DNA of 64,000 nucleotides from Eledone cirrhosa (GCA_964016885.1 OZ024740.1:165292001-165356000); one strand, 5' to 3'. Positions 14,385 through 27,968 are shown, numbered from the stretch's first letter. The notes: a model not told the origin generated them from the letters alone. Program-made: numbers and translations.

Positions 14385-15002
14385 AATGCAATGAAATATC
14401 TATGATCGTCGGCAAATCACTGATGAGGGACTTATTTTATTACTTGTTATCCATGTGCAACCTGCAGTATTCTTCTCCCCATCTTTTCACATATATTTAC
14501 CTAAACTGCGATTCTGTTTGTTTCTCTCTCTCTCTCTCTCTTACTGCTCCCTCGTTCTCTCTGTTTCTCCTACTTTCTTTCGCCCCCTCAGTCATGTCAG
14601 TTAACTCTTCCTCACACTTCCACTCACTCACTCACTGGTTCTCCCCTTCTCACTTCACCCCGTTCGCGACGAAAACATTTTCTCTCTTTCTCACATTTGG
14701 ATTCATCCTGAAAGGTCTTTTTTCTAAGCGCTCATATATTCGCCTAGCTTATGCTAACAGAATAACTATGTAGCTTGTTCTCTTCCTCTCTACGGTTAGC
14801 TCTCCTCTTTGTTGTTATCTTGTCTCACTCGCTTTACGCGTTTTAATTGTCCTAATAACTTAAGTTAGTTATTATTGCACCGACGTGAGGTATATGATTT
14901 TTAATGCAATGAAATATCTATGATCGTCGGCAAATCACTGATGAGGGACTTATTTTATTACATGTTATCCATGTCCAACCTGCAGTATTGTTCTCCCCAT
15001 TT

Positions 15003-15005
<3 letters not shown>
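14385..15005 (+). repeat. ~518-bp non-coding unit in 1.2-copy tandem, flanked by (TA)n; degenerate HHR-like fold at 14880-14930
   Basis: gaaatatctatgatcgtcggcaaatcactgatgagggac at 14393 and 14911 (period 518). Confidence 0.85.
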
Positions 15006-15044
<39 letters not shown>

Positions 15045-15051
15045 ATATATA

Positions 15052-15136
<85 letters not shown>

Positions 15137-15174
15137 GAGTTATTCTATATATATTTATATTAAAGAGTTAGACT

Positions 15175-15722
15175 ATGAATGTGGCCCAACATTTTGCTAA
15201 ATTAAATAGGAAAATTCTAAAGCAGAATCAGCATAATGATCTTAATAATAGTGTTAACATAAATGTTAATAAACCAAAATGTAATTGTAGAAATAAATTG
15301 ATTGCCCTCTGCAAAATAATTGTTTGGATAGTAATTTGGTGTATAAATGCACCGTAAAAACTGATTACAACACATATAACTACATCGGATCGACTTCTTC
15401 TACAATTAAAGCTAGATTCGCGAATCATAAATGCTCATTTTCGAACTCCAAGAGGAAATCATCCACTTCTTTATCACAGCTAATATGGTCATTAAAAGAG
15501 AAGAATTTAAAATACTCCATTTTTTGGACGAAACTTCGTAATACTGCTGTTTACCGCAACTCAAGTATATCAAGTAACTGCGCGCTTTGTACAATGGAGA
15601 CCCTTTTGATTATTAATAATTATGAGACCTTAATTAACAAAAAAAGTGAATTATTCTCTAACTGCCTTCATAAAGCCTTGTCTACACTCCAAGCCTCTCA
15701 TAAGACCAGGAAAACACAATAA
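15175..15722 (+). pseudogene. PLE GIY-YIG endonuclease remnant (CNCR-type linker), frameshifted
   Basis: KCNCRNK, then NLVYKCTV..NYIGSTSSTIKARFANHKCSF..TSLSQLIWSLKE..CALCTME..LINKKSELFSNCLH. Confidence 0.88.
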
Positions 15723-16405
15723 GCAACCAAATTTGTTTTTTAGACGTACATGATCAACTGTTGAGAACCTTAATATTGCTTTATCTTATAACCATCTATA
15801 AAGGAAATAACGTTTGAATGAATGACACTTGTTTAATAACATGCTGGCACGTTGATGTACATGACATATAGTTTTTTGAATATTATTAACTTTGATCCAT
15901 CCCATTATTTATCTATCTTTATTTTTCTATCAATGTTTTAAATATAGTTCAAATATCCAACCTGTAAATTTTTACAGACTTTATTTTGAACTGTGAATCA
16001 TTCATGCGTTTGCATTCTTTTATATATATGTATCTATTTAACTTATACATGTTTGAATCTATTATCTAAGATTATAATCGTTATCATTTACCAAAAGTAT
16101 ACTGTCTCATTAACACTTAGTATATCTCTCTATACCTAATTTTTTGCATATATGTTTATATTGTATATAACATAATCATATTATTAGTTACGTATATCTC
16201 TACATTTAGGGGTTTTTTTTGCATCTATATTTATAGTGTATAATAACTTAATCATAATTAGTTTCGGTATAACGCGATATATAGTTTATGCAAATATAAA
16301 TATATTGTATAATAACTTAATCATTATTTAGAGTTCATTATTCCCTTAAAGGTAGAACTAATATAGGATTATAATATAATAAATATTCATTAATTACGAT
16401 AAATG

Positions 16406-16472
<67 letters not shown>

Positions 16473-17180
16473 CTGAAAACTCTGCGTTAATCATTATATT
16501 TTGACAATCTATCTACTTGACAATAAATTCTTCGATATTTGTAACAGTAAGTACTTCTTAAATTTTACATAACGAAAATGTTGACACTCTTATATGTAAT
16601 TTTGTTAATGATTACATTTGGGGAAATATTCAACGGTGTATATTTTTCTTTCGCGGGCCTAGTAAATCCTTTAAAATTTTGTTTTCATAAAATTCAGAAT
16701 TTTAGAAATGTAACACTTTTAAAAACATTTATAAAATTTATAAAATTAATATAAATAACCATCAATTTTTAAACCTAAAATTTTGATTCTTCACCCTAAA
16801 ATAACATAAATTAAATATTGTGAAATTTAACCGCTAAGTCTATATGAGGAAAACATTTTTTTTCCACAAATGACTCCCCTTTATCTCTCCCTTTCTTTAA
16901 TTATCTATCGGTAGCTTTCATAAACTGTAATAAAATATAACTCCAGACACGTCTTCCTCTATAATCATAATTAGTAGTATCCCACATTTTAAAATCTCTA
17001 TAACTGTTACATCAAAGCAACGTTTTCTTACTGATACCTTCTCTATTGATTCTATTACGTTTTCGCATTTTCTCATTATTAGGGTATAAATGTTGAGTTT
17101 TCTCATAACTTATTCAATCTTAACCATGATTAAATCTTAACCATTTAACATCTCAGGGTATGTCATGTATCATTATATTT

Positions 17181-17227
17181 TGTCTGATGAGGACGTACTG
17201 TTGTACCTCTGAAATATGTATAATAAA
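17181..17227 (+). ncRNA. Degenerate HHR followed by AATAAA, probable terminal repeat of the 15.2-kb PLE
   Basis: CTGATGA ggacgtac tgtt gtacctct GAAA TATG TA taataaa; stem I poor. Confidence 0.5.
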
Positions 17228-17312
17228 ATGTAATTGATCAAAAGAACATCTATTTTATTACTATTGGTATTTTAATATATATATATATATATATATATTA
17301 AAATACAAATAG

Positions 17313-17385
<73 letters not shown>

Positions 17386-17419
17386 TACAAATAGTAATAT
17401 ATATATATATATATATATA

Positions 17420-17551
17420 CATTGATTGCCGAATGAATTAACTATGGACATATAAAAGATACAGAAGCGAAAACCAACCAAACAGTGAGTGTGTTCTGTT
17501 ATTATTTCTGGCAATATTATTACCACCATATGACCCTCACCAAGTATAACA

Positions 17552-17552
<1 letters not shown>
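17420..17552 (+). repeat. PLE terminal-repeat tail stub (related stubs at 12615-12675 and 35100-35227)
   Basis: aaacagtgagtgtgttct...atgaccctc..caagtataacaat, resembling 7673-7697. Confidence 0.7.
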
Positions 17553-17600
<48 letters not shown>

Positions 17601-17645
17601 GGAGGTAGGTAGGTAGATAGGTAGCTAGATAGAGATAGATAGATA

Positions 17646-20284
17646 ACTTTCTTTTTATTTGCCACCAGGGCGTCAAAGAGTGGGACAAGTAAAATGGGGG
17701 GAGTTTACATAAAAAGGCGTCCTCAATAAGGAGGAGGCAATAACAAAATATGAAAATATAAGATATAAAATATAACAAAAATAAATTGAATAACAAAATC
17801 CTCAATAGGAAGGAGGCGCCTTGGGGGGTCGCCCACCCCCCACGAAAAAGTGTGCAACCTTTCTCCTCAGGTGCACAGAGAGAGTGTGCACCCTTGATCT
17901 TTCATCTTTCTCACCTACAGTCTGATGTAGAGTGAAGGCCCATTCACACGGGCCACTCTCGCCACTTTCACCTATTTTTCATAAAAACGGCTGGGGTGCA
18001 GCACCTCTCTCTACATCCTGATCCTTATTCCGAAATGATATCGGAAGAAACGGACCAGTTGTTGGCCAGAGAGAAAGGTGTCTGACCTCAGTCCTTTCAG
18101 ACGCGTCCACCATACAACCTCTTTCGCCATGGCTATTACGCACAAAAACACCGCCTCTCCTTCGTTTTTGAAGAGGCGAGGCGGCTTTATCGTAACAATA
18201 GACTCGGTGGTCAACCGGATCGGTCCCACCCATGACAGCAGTCGGAGGGTGTTAACAGCAGATGGATCTCCTCTTCATAGGAGCCCGCTTCTTTCAAAGG
18301 AATTGGAAGAGTGTGCGCTCGATTTTGGCGAGCGTTTCCCTTGGGCAAGGCACGACGTTCAGGCGGTAGTAGATGACGGACGCTATATAAGTGTTCGCCA
18401 CCTCCGCCCGACCTTTCAGGGACAATTTGCACTCGGCCCACTACCGAGTCAGTGCAAACACCCTATTCGTTACCTCACCCCAGTTCTTCGCCACCTGGAG
18501 GTCTGGTCCGAACCAGACCCCGAGCAACTTAACCGGGCCCTCCGTCCAGCGCCCGACAACGCCATCGGTGGGCATCGATTTGCCCCTTAACGCGCCGAGT
18601 TGTAGACCGATGGACTTGTCCCGGTTCAGCTTAGCCCCTGTAAACCTTTCGTACTCCTCCATTAAGGTGCCGATCGCCCTGATTTCCGAGGCCGTCGACA
18701 CCATTACTGTTACGTCATCGGCGTAGGCCGACACCGCTTTCCGCAATCCCGGTTCCAATGGGATGCCCTGCAACAACTCCAACTTCCGCAGTAGTGGCTC
18801 TAGAGTCATACAGAAGGGAGGAGAGTGGGCACCCTTGTCGGATGGACGGCGCGATTTCGAACGGGTCCGAGAGGTAGCCGTTACCTTTACCCTAGAGCCG
18901 ATGCGTCCGCTATGCATGGCAGTGATCCAGCCCCTGAAAACGGGCCCGAAGCCTGCCACCGCTAGCACCGCATCCTGATAAGCATGGTCGACCCTATCGA
19001 ACGCCTTAGATTGATCCAAGTTGATCAGAGCCCCACCAAAGCCGGGTTCGTTCCCAACCCTCTCTATGATGTATCACATGAGGTGGAGGTTGTCGTGGAT
19101 GGACCTGGACGGGATAACATTTGTCTGCGCATCTCCCACCAGGTTGCCCACGACACTCGCCAACCTCTTTGCTAGCACCTTGGCCAAAATCTGTAACTCT
19201 GTATTTAGCAGAGTTATAGGCCTGAAATTATGTATATCGTCCCCCTTGTTCTCGTCCTTCCTCACTAGCGTGACTACGCCCTTGTTCAAAGCACAGGGAA
19301 TTCTCCCCTTCTGTTGCCATTTGCAGCAGACCGCCTCGAGGAGATCGGGGAACAAGTCCGGCATAGCTAGATATAGTTCGTATGGAAGACCATCGAGACC
19401 CGGGGATTTGCGTTTGCCGCATTGGCTCAACACGTCCTCTATCTCAGCGGCTGAAATCGGCTCCTCGCAGGACCCCGCCTCCTTTTCCGAGAGACGCAGC
19501 AGGCTGTCGAGGTATGGACCGAAGTCCACTTCCCCAACCGGCTCCCCGCCCCTTCCGAACAATCTGGCAAAGTGCTTTTGAAAAGCCTCGCACATCTGCT
19601 TAGGTTCAAGGATCACCCATTCATCCTGGTCTCGCAAAGACCGGATAGTGGATCTAGTCCCTCTTTTAGCCCCTGTCACGCGGGCCCAGCCAACAGCTTT
19701 GGTCCCCTCGTTTCCCAGAGCACGTCTTTTGCTTCGGACGATGCAGTCTTCGTGTTTCGCGTCGAAGAACTGGCCCAGGGCCGTTCTCGACGCTAGCACT
19801 CTGGCCACGTCGCCGATTCTAATTGCCTCTTCTACACTATCTACCAACTCCCTTTCCTTCCTATTTCTATTTGAGGCTAACTCCTTACTAAATTCTATAG
19901 AGACTACTCTAATCTATCTTCTGAGAGATCCCCACCACCTGTTGTTGACGATGGCGCCCTTCAACCGCTCCTTAACTAAAGTGCTAATCCGGTCCCTGTA
20001 AGCTTTACTTGCCGGTAAGGACAAGTTGAGCTTCCATTAACTGGGTCCCTGTCTATGCGTACTATCAAGGTTGACCATGCAGGTCACTAACTTGTGGTCT
20101 GAATAGCCAACCTTATTTCTAACTAAGAATCTATCTAGGTACGACCTAGATGATCCGCTGTGGTTTGCCCGAGTCCGGCTGGCGCAGTCGGAAAATCTAG
20201 TCGATATCTATCGGCCAGGTCAAATTAATCCTTTGAGGCTGTTACACCCCTCTCTATCGGACAGGTCCCTACGTTGTCCCAACG
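17646..20284 (-). mobile_element. L1/Tx1-type LINE copy A (end of APE, RT, C-terminus with internal deletion at ~18248, 3' UTR) abutting (GATA)n
   Basis: KSPGLDGLPYE, NFRPITLLNTE, DQSKAFDRVDH, SAYADDVT; many stops and frameshifts. Confidence 0.92.
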
Positions 20285-23200
20285 TGCGTCGGAAGGCATC
20301 GGTTTGCCTCTCTTCGAGTTGAAATCCGACGGACTTGTCCCGGTTCAGCTTCGCTCCTGTGAAACTTTAGTATTCCTTCAGTAAGGTGCCGACTTCCCCG
20401 ATTTACGAGGTGCTCAACACCATTACTGTGACGTCGTCGGCGTAAGCCGACGCCGCTTTTCGCAGTCCCGGTTCCAACGAGATGCCCTGCAGTAGCTCCA
20501 ACTTCCGCAGTAGTAGATCGAGAGTCAGTACGTACAGAAGGGAGGAGAGAGGGTATCCCTGTCGGATGGATCGCGTGATTTAGAACGGCTCCGAGAGGTA
20601 GCCATTCACATTAACCTTTGAGCAGATGTTGCTGCTGTGCATGGGAGCAATCCAGCCCCTGAACACGGGTCCGAAGCATGCCGCCGCAAGCACCGTATCC
20701 AGGTAACGATGGTCGACTCTATCGAGTGCTTTAGACTGATCCAAATTTATCAGTGCCCCACCGAAGCCGGGTTGACACTCCACCCTCTCTAAGATGTATC
20801 GCATGAGGTGGAGGTTGTCGTGTATGGACCTGGTCGGGATTGCGCATGTCTGCGCTTCTCCCACCAGGTTTTCGACGACAAGCGCCAGCCTTTTTGCTAA
20901 CACCTTGGCCAAAATCTGTAACTCTGTGTTTAGCAGAGTTATGGGCCTGAAGTTATTAATGTCGTCCCCCTTTATTTCGTCCTTCCTGTCCAGCATGATT
21001 ACGCGCTTGGTCACAGAACTGGGAATTCTCCCGTTCTGCTGCCAGTTGCAGTAGACCGCTTCCAGGAGACCGGAGAACAAGTCCGACATTGCTACGTAAA
21101 ATTCGTAGGGTAGACCGTCGTGACCTGGCGATTTGCGTTTGCCGCATTGGCTCAGCGCGTCCCCTATCTCAGCGGCCGAAATCGGCCTTTCACAGAACTT
21201 CGCATCCCCGTCCGAGAGTCCCGGCAGGCCGTCGAGATATGGACCGAAATTCATAGCGCCTCCCGGCGGGCCACCCTGTCCGAACAGTTGTGCAAAGTGC
21301 CGCTGAAAGGCCGCGCACATCTGCTTCGCTTCAAGTATCACGCGTCCATCTTGGTCCTTCAAAGACAGAATCCTGGACTTGTTGCCACTTTTCGCCTCTG
21401 TCATTCGGGCCCAGCTAACAGCTTTGGCTCCCTCGTTTCCCAGAGCACGTGTTTTACTCCTGACAACGCAGCCTTCGTGCTTTGCGTCGAAGAACTGGTT
21501 CAGGGCTGTTTTTGTCGCTAGCACGTTAGTTACGCTGCCACTCCTAATCGCCTCTTCTACTTTATCTACCAGTTCCTTTTAAGTCTTATTCCTATCTAAC
21601 GCTAGTTCTTTATTAAAGCCTATCGATTCTAATCTAATTGCTCTCTTAAGAGAGCACCTCCACCTGTTGTTGACAATTTCCCCAGTCAACTGCTGCTTAA
21701 CTAAAATGCTAATCCGACTGCTGTATGCTTTACGTGTCGGTAACGACAAATTCAGCTTCCAGTAGCCGGGTCCCTGCCTATGGGTTATCAAGGTTGACTA
21801 CGCAGGTCACTAGTTTGTGATCTGAATAGCCATCCATGAACATGTGTGGACAGCTTAATATGTCCCTATCTCTATCTCTAATTAGAAACGTATCAGAGTA
21901 CGATCTAGATGTCCCGCTAAATTTCGTCCACGTCCACAGTGGCGCAGTCGGGAAATCTAGTCGGTATTTATCGGCCAGTTGAAATCGGCCGATTAACTGT
22001 TTGAGGCTGTCACCCCCCCAACCTCCCCTCTATCGGGACAGGCCCCCACGTAATCCCAACGTGCATCTAGCATTCCATTCCAGTCCCCCACTAAAAGCAA
22101 GGAGCGGGACGTTCCCAGAGAAGTCTCCAGACGTTTGAAGAAGTCTGGCAGCGATGTTCCGGATGGGGCATACACAGCTACCAGTCGGAAGGCTCCACCT
22201 TCACTACTGCTAACGTCTAGGACCACCAGTTGACCCTCCGCGTCCAGATGTACCGTCTCAAAGTCGTCGAAGATGGGGGCCAGCTGACGCTCGCTGTGGA
22301 TCCTGGACTCGCAAATGACTGCCACATCCATACTGTGCGACCTAAGGTCATTTAAGAGTTTGCCCTGTTACCAGGGAATCTCCAGGCCACGCACATTCAC
22401 ACATCCGACTCCTATATTGGCCTTGTTGGTGAGGAAGAGTTAGAAAAGAAGAGGAAATAATTCACTCCTCGTTTCCTGGAGACCAGGCTGCACAATGTCC
22501 ATGGGGGTGTTGGACGGGTTTCTTGGTAGGGTGGTGGTTTCTGGCGGGGTGGGGACGGAGATGTTTGGTGGGGAGGGGTTGTCAAGTGGATGGGGGTGTC
22601 GGGGGGGGGGGACATTTCAAAAGGACGCGGTTATAGGGTTTCACGCAGGAATTACCCACGTCCTTAGGAAAGTTTTCTTTTAAAGATGTGTATGTGTCCA
22701 TGGGGGCCCTAATCATTTTAAAATTAGGCCTTTCTAGACAGTACGAAAAAGTTTTGCCTTCGGTTTTCACCGAAGGGTTGTTGGAGATAGCCTTCATTAG
22801 AATTTTATTTTCAGTGTTTATATATGTGTATGTGTAATGTTCTTGTTGTGTTGTGTTGGTTTTTGTTGTTCTTGAGAGTATTTTCTTTTTGTTGTAGGTG
22901 TTTGTGTTTGGAGTGTTGTCGTTGTTTTGTTTTCAGGATTTTTGTTTGCGATGTTTGTGTTGTTTGTGTGTTCGTTGGCTTTTTTTCGTGTTATGTCTTC
23001 TATTCTTTCTTTTGGCGCGGAGGGGTTCTAGTGATGATGAGGGGGCCTCACCCGTTTACCTTTTTGTATGAAGGTAATGTCCTTCATTGAGTCTTTTAAC
23101 ATCAGCTGAATTTCATTAGGAGTTAATTGAACTGGTTTTCTTGTGGAATTAGATATTGATCTAAAAACTAATGTTCTTAAAACATTTTCTCTGCGTAACT

Positions 23201-24030
23201 GTTGGCGGGGAAGTAATGCTGAAGGTACCATTTTCCCCAAATTTCACGTGTTGTTTTGCATCTTCCAGTAACTCTCTAGCTTTAGTGATGTCGATTTGCG
23301 TGTAAATTTCCATTTTTTTACTGTTTGCGCAAAAGATATTTTGGTGTTGTTGTCTTTCTTGTTGTTGTTGTTAGTTTTGGTGTCGTCATTGTTGTTCTTG
23401 TTGTTCTTGTTGTCATTATTGTTGGTGTTGGTGTTGTTTTGGTTCGTGCCATTCACAGCTTTCATGTTATTGGTGCTGGTGTTCTTGTCGTCAGGGTGTT
23501 TTTTAAACATATCGACGTTTTCAACGTCTTTCAATGAGGTGGTACGAGGAGGTGTCTTCGGGCTTGGTACTCTTACCGCCTCTCCACCAATTCTGTCTAA
23601 TTGTTGACTGACAGTTTTGATGTTGTTGTTGTTTTTGTTGTTACTGTTGTTACTGTTGTTACTGTTGTTGTTGGTGGTGGTGGTGGCTGTATTGGAGATA
23701 GCAGCAGGCGCGCAGCCCTGACCTGCCACTAGCACTGTGGAAGGTGGAATTAGCAACCCATCTCCACAATTTTCTAATCCAGTTTTTGAGAAGACAATGT
23801 CAAGACATTTAGCCATTTTGGCTATTTTCAAAATTTTAGTGGAAATTTTGTGGGATTTCTCCCTTTTTCGTGCTGATGGGCTTTTTATTTGGAGTTGCTA
23901 CCCCCTACAATGTGTAGGGTGGCAGCTTATCTACAGAATGGTGTAAAAATGTAAGTTCAGTTCATGTAATTTCCAACGAAATTAAAGCTTTTACTCACCA
24001 GCGCATTTTTCCGGGTGTGTTCATCTAAGA
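20285..24030 (-). mobile_element. L1/Tx1-type LINE copy B (5' UTR, Asn/Thr-rich ORF1 remnants, APE endonuclease, RT to just past YADD; 3' end missing)
   Basis: DVAVICES, VAVYAP, LVGDWN (21993-22331); GPGYWKLN; RT ORF 20580-21524; ORF1-like pieces 22420-23831. The 5' boundary is approximate. Confidence 0.9.
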
Positions 24031-24309
24031 TATAGATAGATAGTGTGATTGATTGATTGATAGTTACATATTGGAGAACAACTGGTGTTCGACCACTTTT
24101 TAGAACCAAAACAAAAGAGATATTGGCAAAAACGAGTTATTGATTTTGTGGTCTTTGGTGCCGAACACATGGCTCAACAAACGAGGAAGTGATTTATATA
24201 TCATACCACACAATGTGCCGGAAGACATTCTTCAAGATATATTCAAGCCTCTTAGTATACATATATTACACATACACACACACACACACATACATACACA
24301 CACGCGCAA

Positions 24310-24388
<79 letters not shown>

Positions 24389-24489
24389 TATATAAAGGAT
24401 GAAACGATGGTAGTTGATTAAATGTTTCAAACACTCTTTCATTGTTATTTATAATGTGTGTGTACGTATACATACTTATATATATACAT

Positions 24490-24597
<108 letters not shown>

Positions 24598-24846
24598 ATG
24601 TATATATATAAGTATGTATACGTACATACATATATGTATATATGTGTATATATATATATATATATACGTACATACAGTAGTATGTATATATATACACACA
24701 TGCACGCATATATATATATGTGTGTACGTATGGATTCACCGAACATTTATTATAATGCTCGGTTTGTTTGTAAACAAACATCCCGAATTAAGCCGTACAG
24801 TGTTTAGCAACCATCGTTGCCCTTTTGTTCAACACTGGTAAAGGAA

Positions 24847-24887
24847 CGATGTACTAGTTTCAAGCTTATTAGCTATCGTCAGCACCG
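24847..24887 (-). ncRNA. Minimal type I hammerhead ribozyme with palindromic stem III
   Basis: CGGTG CTGACGA T AGCT aata AGCT T GAAA CTAG TA CATCG. Confidence 0.88.
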
Positions 24888-25515
24888 TATACCTTCTTGC
24901 CAGATGGTTGAACGTCTGAAAGTATATACTTTCCTTATGCATATTAACGGCTTAGCAGCCTAATTTGCATATCGAGTGAGTTAAGCGGCCGATCGCACCG
25001 AAAACTATAAATGGAAACAAATGAAACGAAATTTCATTTCTCACTCTTAGTACGGCTCTAACTTAAATATAAGTATGTATACGTACATACATATATGTAT
25101 ACAGACGTACAGTAGTATGTATATATATACACACATGCACACATATATATATGTACGTATGGATTCACCGAACATATATTATAATGATCGGTGTAAGCTT
25201 AATTCGGGATGTTTATAAAAAATGTTCGGTGGATCTATACGTACATATATATATATGTGTGTGTGCATGTGTGTAAATATATACATACTACTGTACGTCT
25301 GTATACATATATGTATGTACGTATACATACTTATATTTAAGTAACAGCCGTACTAAGAGTGAAAAATGAAATTTCGTTTCATTTATTTCCATTTATCGTT
25401 TTCGGTGCGCCCGGCTGAATAACTCACTCGATATGCAAATTAAGTTGCTCAGCCGTTAATATACATAAGGAAAGTATATACTTTCAGACGTTCAACCATT
25501 TGGCAGTAAGGTATA

Positions 25516-25556
25516 CTGTGCTGACGATAGCTAATAAGCTTGAAACTAGTATATCG
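25516..25556 (+). ncRNA. Minimal type I hammerhead ribozyme (second arm; weakened stem I)
   Basis: CTGTG CTGACGA TAGCTAATAAGCTT GAAA CTAG TA TATCG. Confidence 0.8.
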
Positions 25557-25872
25557 TTCTTTGCCAGTGTTGAACAAAAGGGCAACGATGGTTGCTGAAC
25601 ACGGTACGGCATAATTCGTGATGTTTGTTCATAAACAAACCGAGTATTATAATAAATATTCGGTGAATCCATACGTACATATATATATGTGTGCATGTGT
25701 GTATATATATACATACTACTGTACGTCTGTATACATATATGTATGTACGTATACATACTTATATTTAAGTAACAGCCGTACTAAGAGTGAGAAATGAAAT
25801 TTCGTTTTATGTTTTTTCATTCAATGTATATATAGGAAAAGAGTTAGGACATCGACGTCTGGGATCCGATCG

Positions 25873-26030
25873 TTTCGACAGCTAGATCCGACCCCGACGG
25901 ATCTAGCTGTCGAAATGGCCGGAGATCAGCCGTGGGGGTCCTTACACTTTTCTTATTACCCACTCTACTACCCCTCGTATCGAGTACTCCGGTGCGTTAT
26001 AGTCAACCTCGTATCTTACCACACCTTCGT
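25873..26030 (+). repeat. Perfect 18-bp hairpin (25873-25915) leading into a dispersed repeat homologous to 36335-36460 (-)
   Basis: tttcgacagctagatccg accccga cggatctagctgtcgaaa; shared tattacccactctactaccc..gagtactcYggtgcgttat. Confidence 0.85.
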
Positions 26031-26035
26031 TGTTA

Positions 26036-26114
<79 letters not shown>

Positions 26115-26309
26115 CCATATACATATATATATATATATATATATATCCATATACATATACCTACCCTACTAGTATCTACAAACTGACCAATGAGAATTAA
26201 GATTATTCCTGCTGACAACATTAGATTATTCCTAACAAGCTCATATGTCCCAAGGCTCTGATACCATCAACACCATAAACACAGCGCTGGCATATCTAAG
26301 AACTGACTA

Positions 26310-26365
26310 ACTGCCTGATGAGGTCATAGTCATTTATTGGCTATCATCGAAATATATATAGCAGT
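26310..26365 (+). ncRNA. Type I hammerhead ribozyme with palindromic stem III, followed by AATAAA
   Basis: ACTGC CTGATGA GGT c ATAGTCA tttat TGGCTAT c ATC GAAA TATATA TA GCAGT. Confidence 0.85.
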
Positions 26366-26406
26366 AAATAAAGGATTATGAGTTCATGCAATTGACTTAT
26401 ATTTCG

Positions 26407-26466
<60 letters not shown>

Positions 26467-26818
26467 AAAATTGAACAGGAACAAAACAGAGAGGCAGTGC
26501 GAACAAGGTTTATTAATTTAACGCTCTATATATATATATCATAAAACATGTCTATAGAATCACCAGATAAAATATATACCATTTCCTCTCCCAATTAGCA
26601 TAATTAACCACATAAAAAATCGAATAGACCAAGCTATAAGAATAAGGCTTCTATGAAGAAATCTACAACAAAAACCGAAACCAGCCCTTCGCGCCGGCTG
26701 CAACGGAATATTTATCGAATATTTCGACAGCGTAATCGCCCAGATATACAGTCATACAGTCAATTAAACAGAATTAGGTGTAAAATAAACTAGGAGAAAA
26801 GAGAATACATTTAATTTA

Positions 26819-26914
<96 letters not shown>

Positions 26915-27059
26915 ATGATGAAGCTTTAGCTGCAAACATACAGATTGAACTAATGCTTATATAAACATACTCATATTTAATATGTAGACGTATAAACATA
27001 CCAGAAAATCCGAATTTTCCTTTAATGTGATAAAATGATAAAGACCTTTAATTGCTACA

Positions 27060-27325
27060 GAGTGGGACTGGCTTTGTGCAGTGCCTTTGCTCACTATAAA
27101 AGCTTCACGGCACAGGCATTGCTTTATATCTGGAGATCTCTCTGCACTTGTCGTCACATGGGCCCAGCATTATGTGTCAATAATTGTCACATGTGTAGTG
27201 TGTGTACCAGAGTTTTCAAGTCGCTGGCTGGACTAAAAAGTCACACTCGTTCAGCGCATCGGTAGGGTTTCTCCTACATGGATATAAAGTAGTGGCCGTA
27301 CTCGAAAACGAGTTGGCAGCTACCA
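27060..27325 (+). mobile_element. RTE-like LINE 3' end with terminal C2H2-like motif
   Basis: [23 protein letters not shown], then 3' stem-loop ctcg-aaaa-cgag. Confidence 0.75.
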
Positions 27326-27774
27326 TCTATGTATGTGTGTGTGTGTGCATGTATCTGTAAATGCATACATATAGACGTACATACATAGATACGTTGGCGC
27401 TGTTTTCATTGTTCTTATGGTTGTTTGCCATGGCGTTAAAGTTATATTGAACAGTAATATGTGTAGCCGACGGTCGCAATTACATCATTTGCTGTCTCAT
27501 TGCACCTATCATATCGTTTCAGCAAATTACGAGAAAGTTATCCTTTTATTTCAATCATCCTTGCTCAGTTAATTTCTTTCAAACACACTCGTATTTCCAA
27601 CCTATCGTTTACTAATCCTTCCCTGTCGTTTATTTTCTTTTTCTTTTTTGCTCATTTGAACCACCAGCCCGCCACTCGTTTTTTCCATCTTTCCAGTTTT
27701 CTTTCAATTTTCGTTACGTATTTTTTTGTTTTTACTCTTATTGTTTTTGCATTTAAGTTCACCATGGTTTGCAA

Positions 27775-27968
27775 GAGCGGTGGATTGGCAGTATCGGTAG
27801 AGGGTCGGACACCATGCTTTACAGCAAAGAGTTACGACCATTTATGGTCTGAGTTCAAATCCCGCCGAGGTTTACTTTGCATTTCATCCTCATGGGGTCG
27901 ATTAAATAAAGTACCAGTAATACATTGGGATAATTGCTGGCCTTGTGCCAAAAGTAGAAACCTTTATT
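27775..27968 (+). mobile_element. tRNA-derived SINE, near full length
   Basis: A-box-like tggcagtatcgg, B-box gagttcaaatcc, body tttcatcct..ggggtcga..ataaagtaccagt, tail gtagaaac..att. Confidence 0.9.

Larger units (their letters stand above)
24690..25815. mobile_element. Head-to-head pair of a 428-bp ORF-less HHR unit, each arm in partial tandem
   Basis: gtaacagccgtactaagagtg at 25341 and 25769 (period 428); 24690-25055 is the reverse complement of ~25345-25710. Confidence 0.88.
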
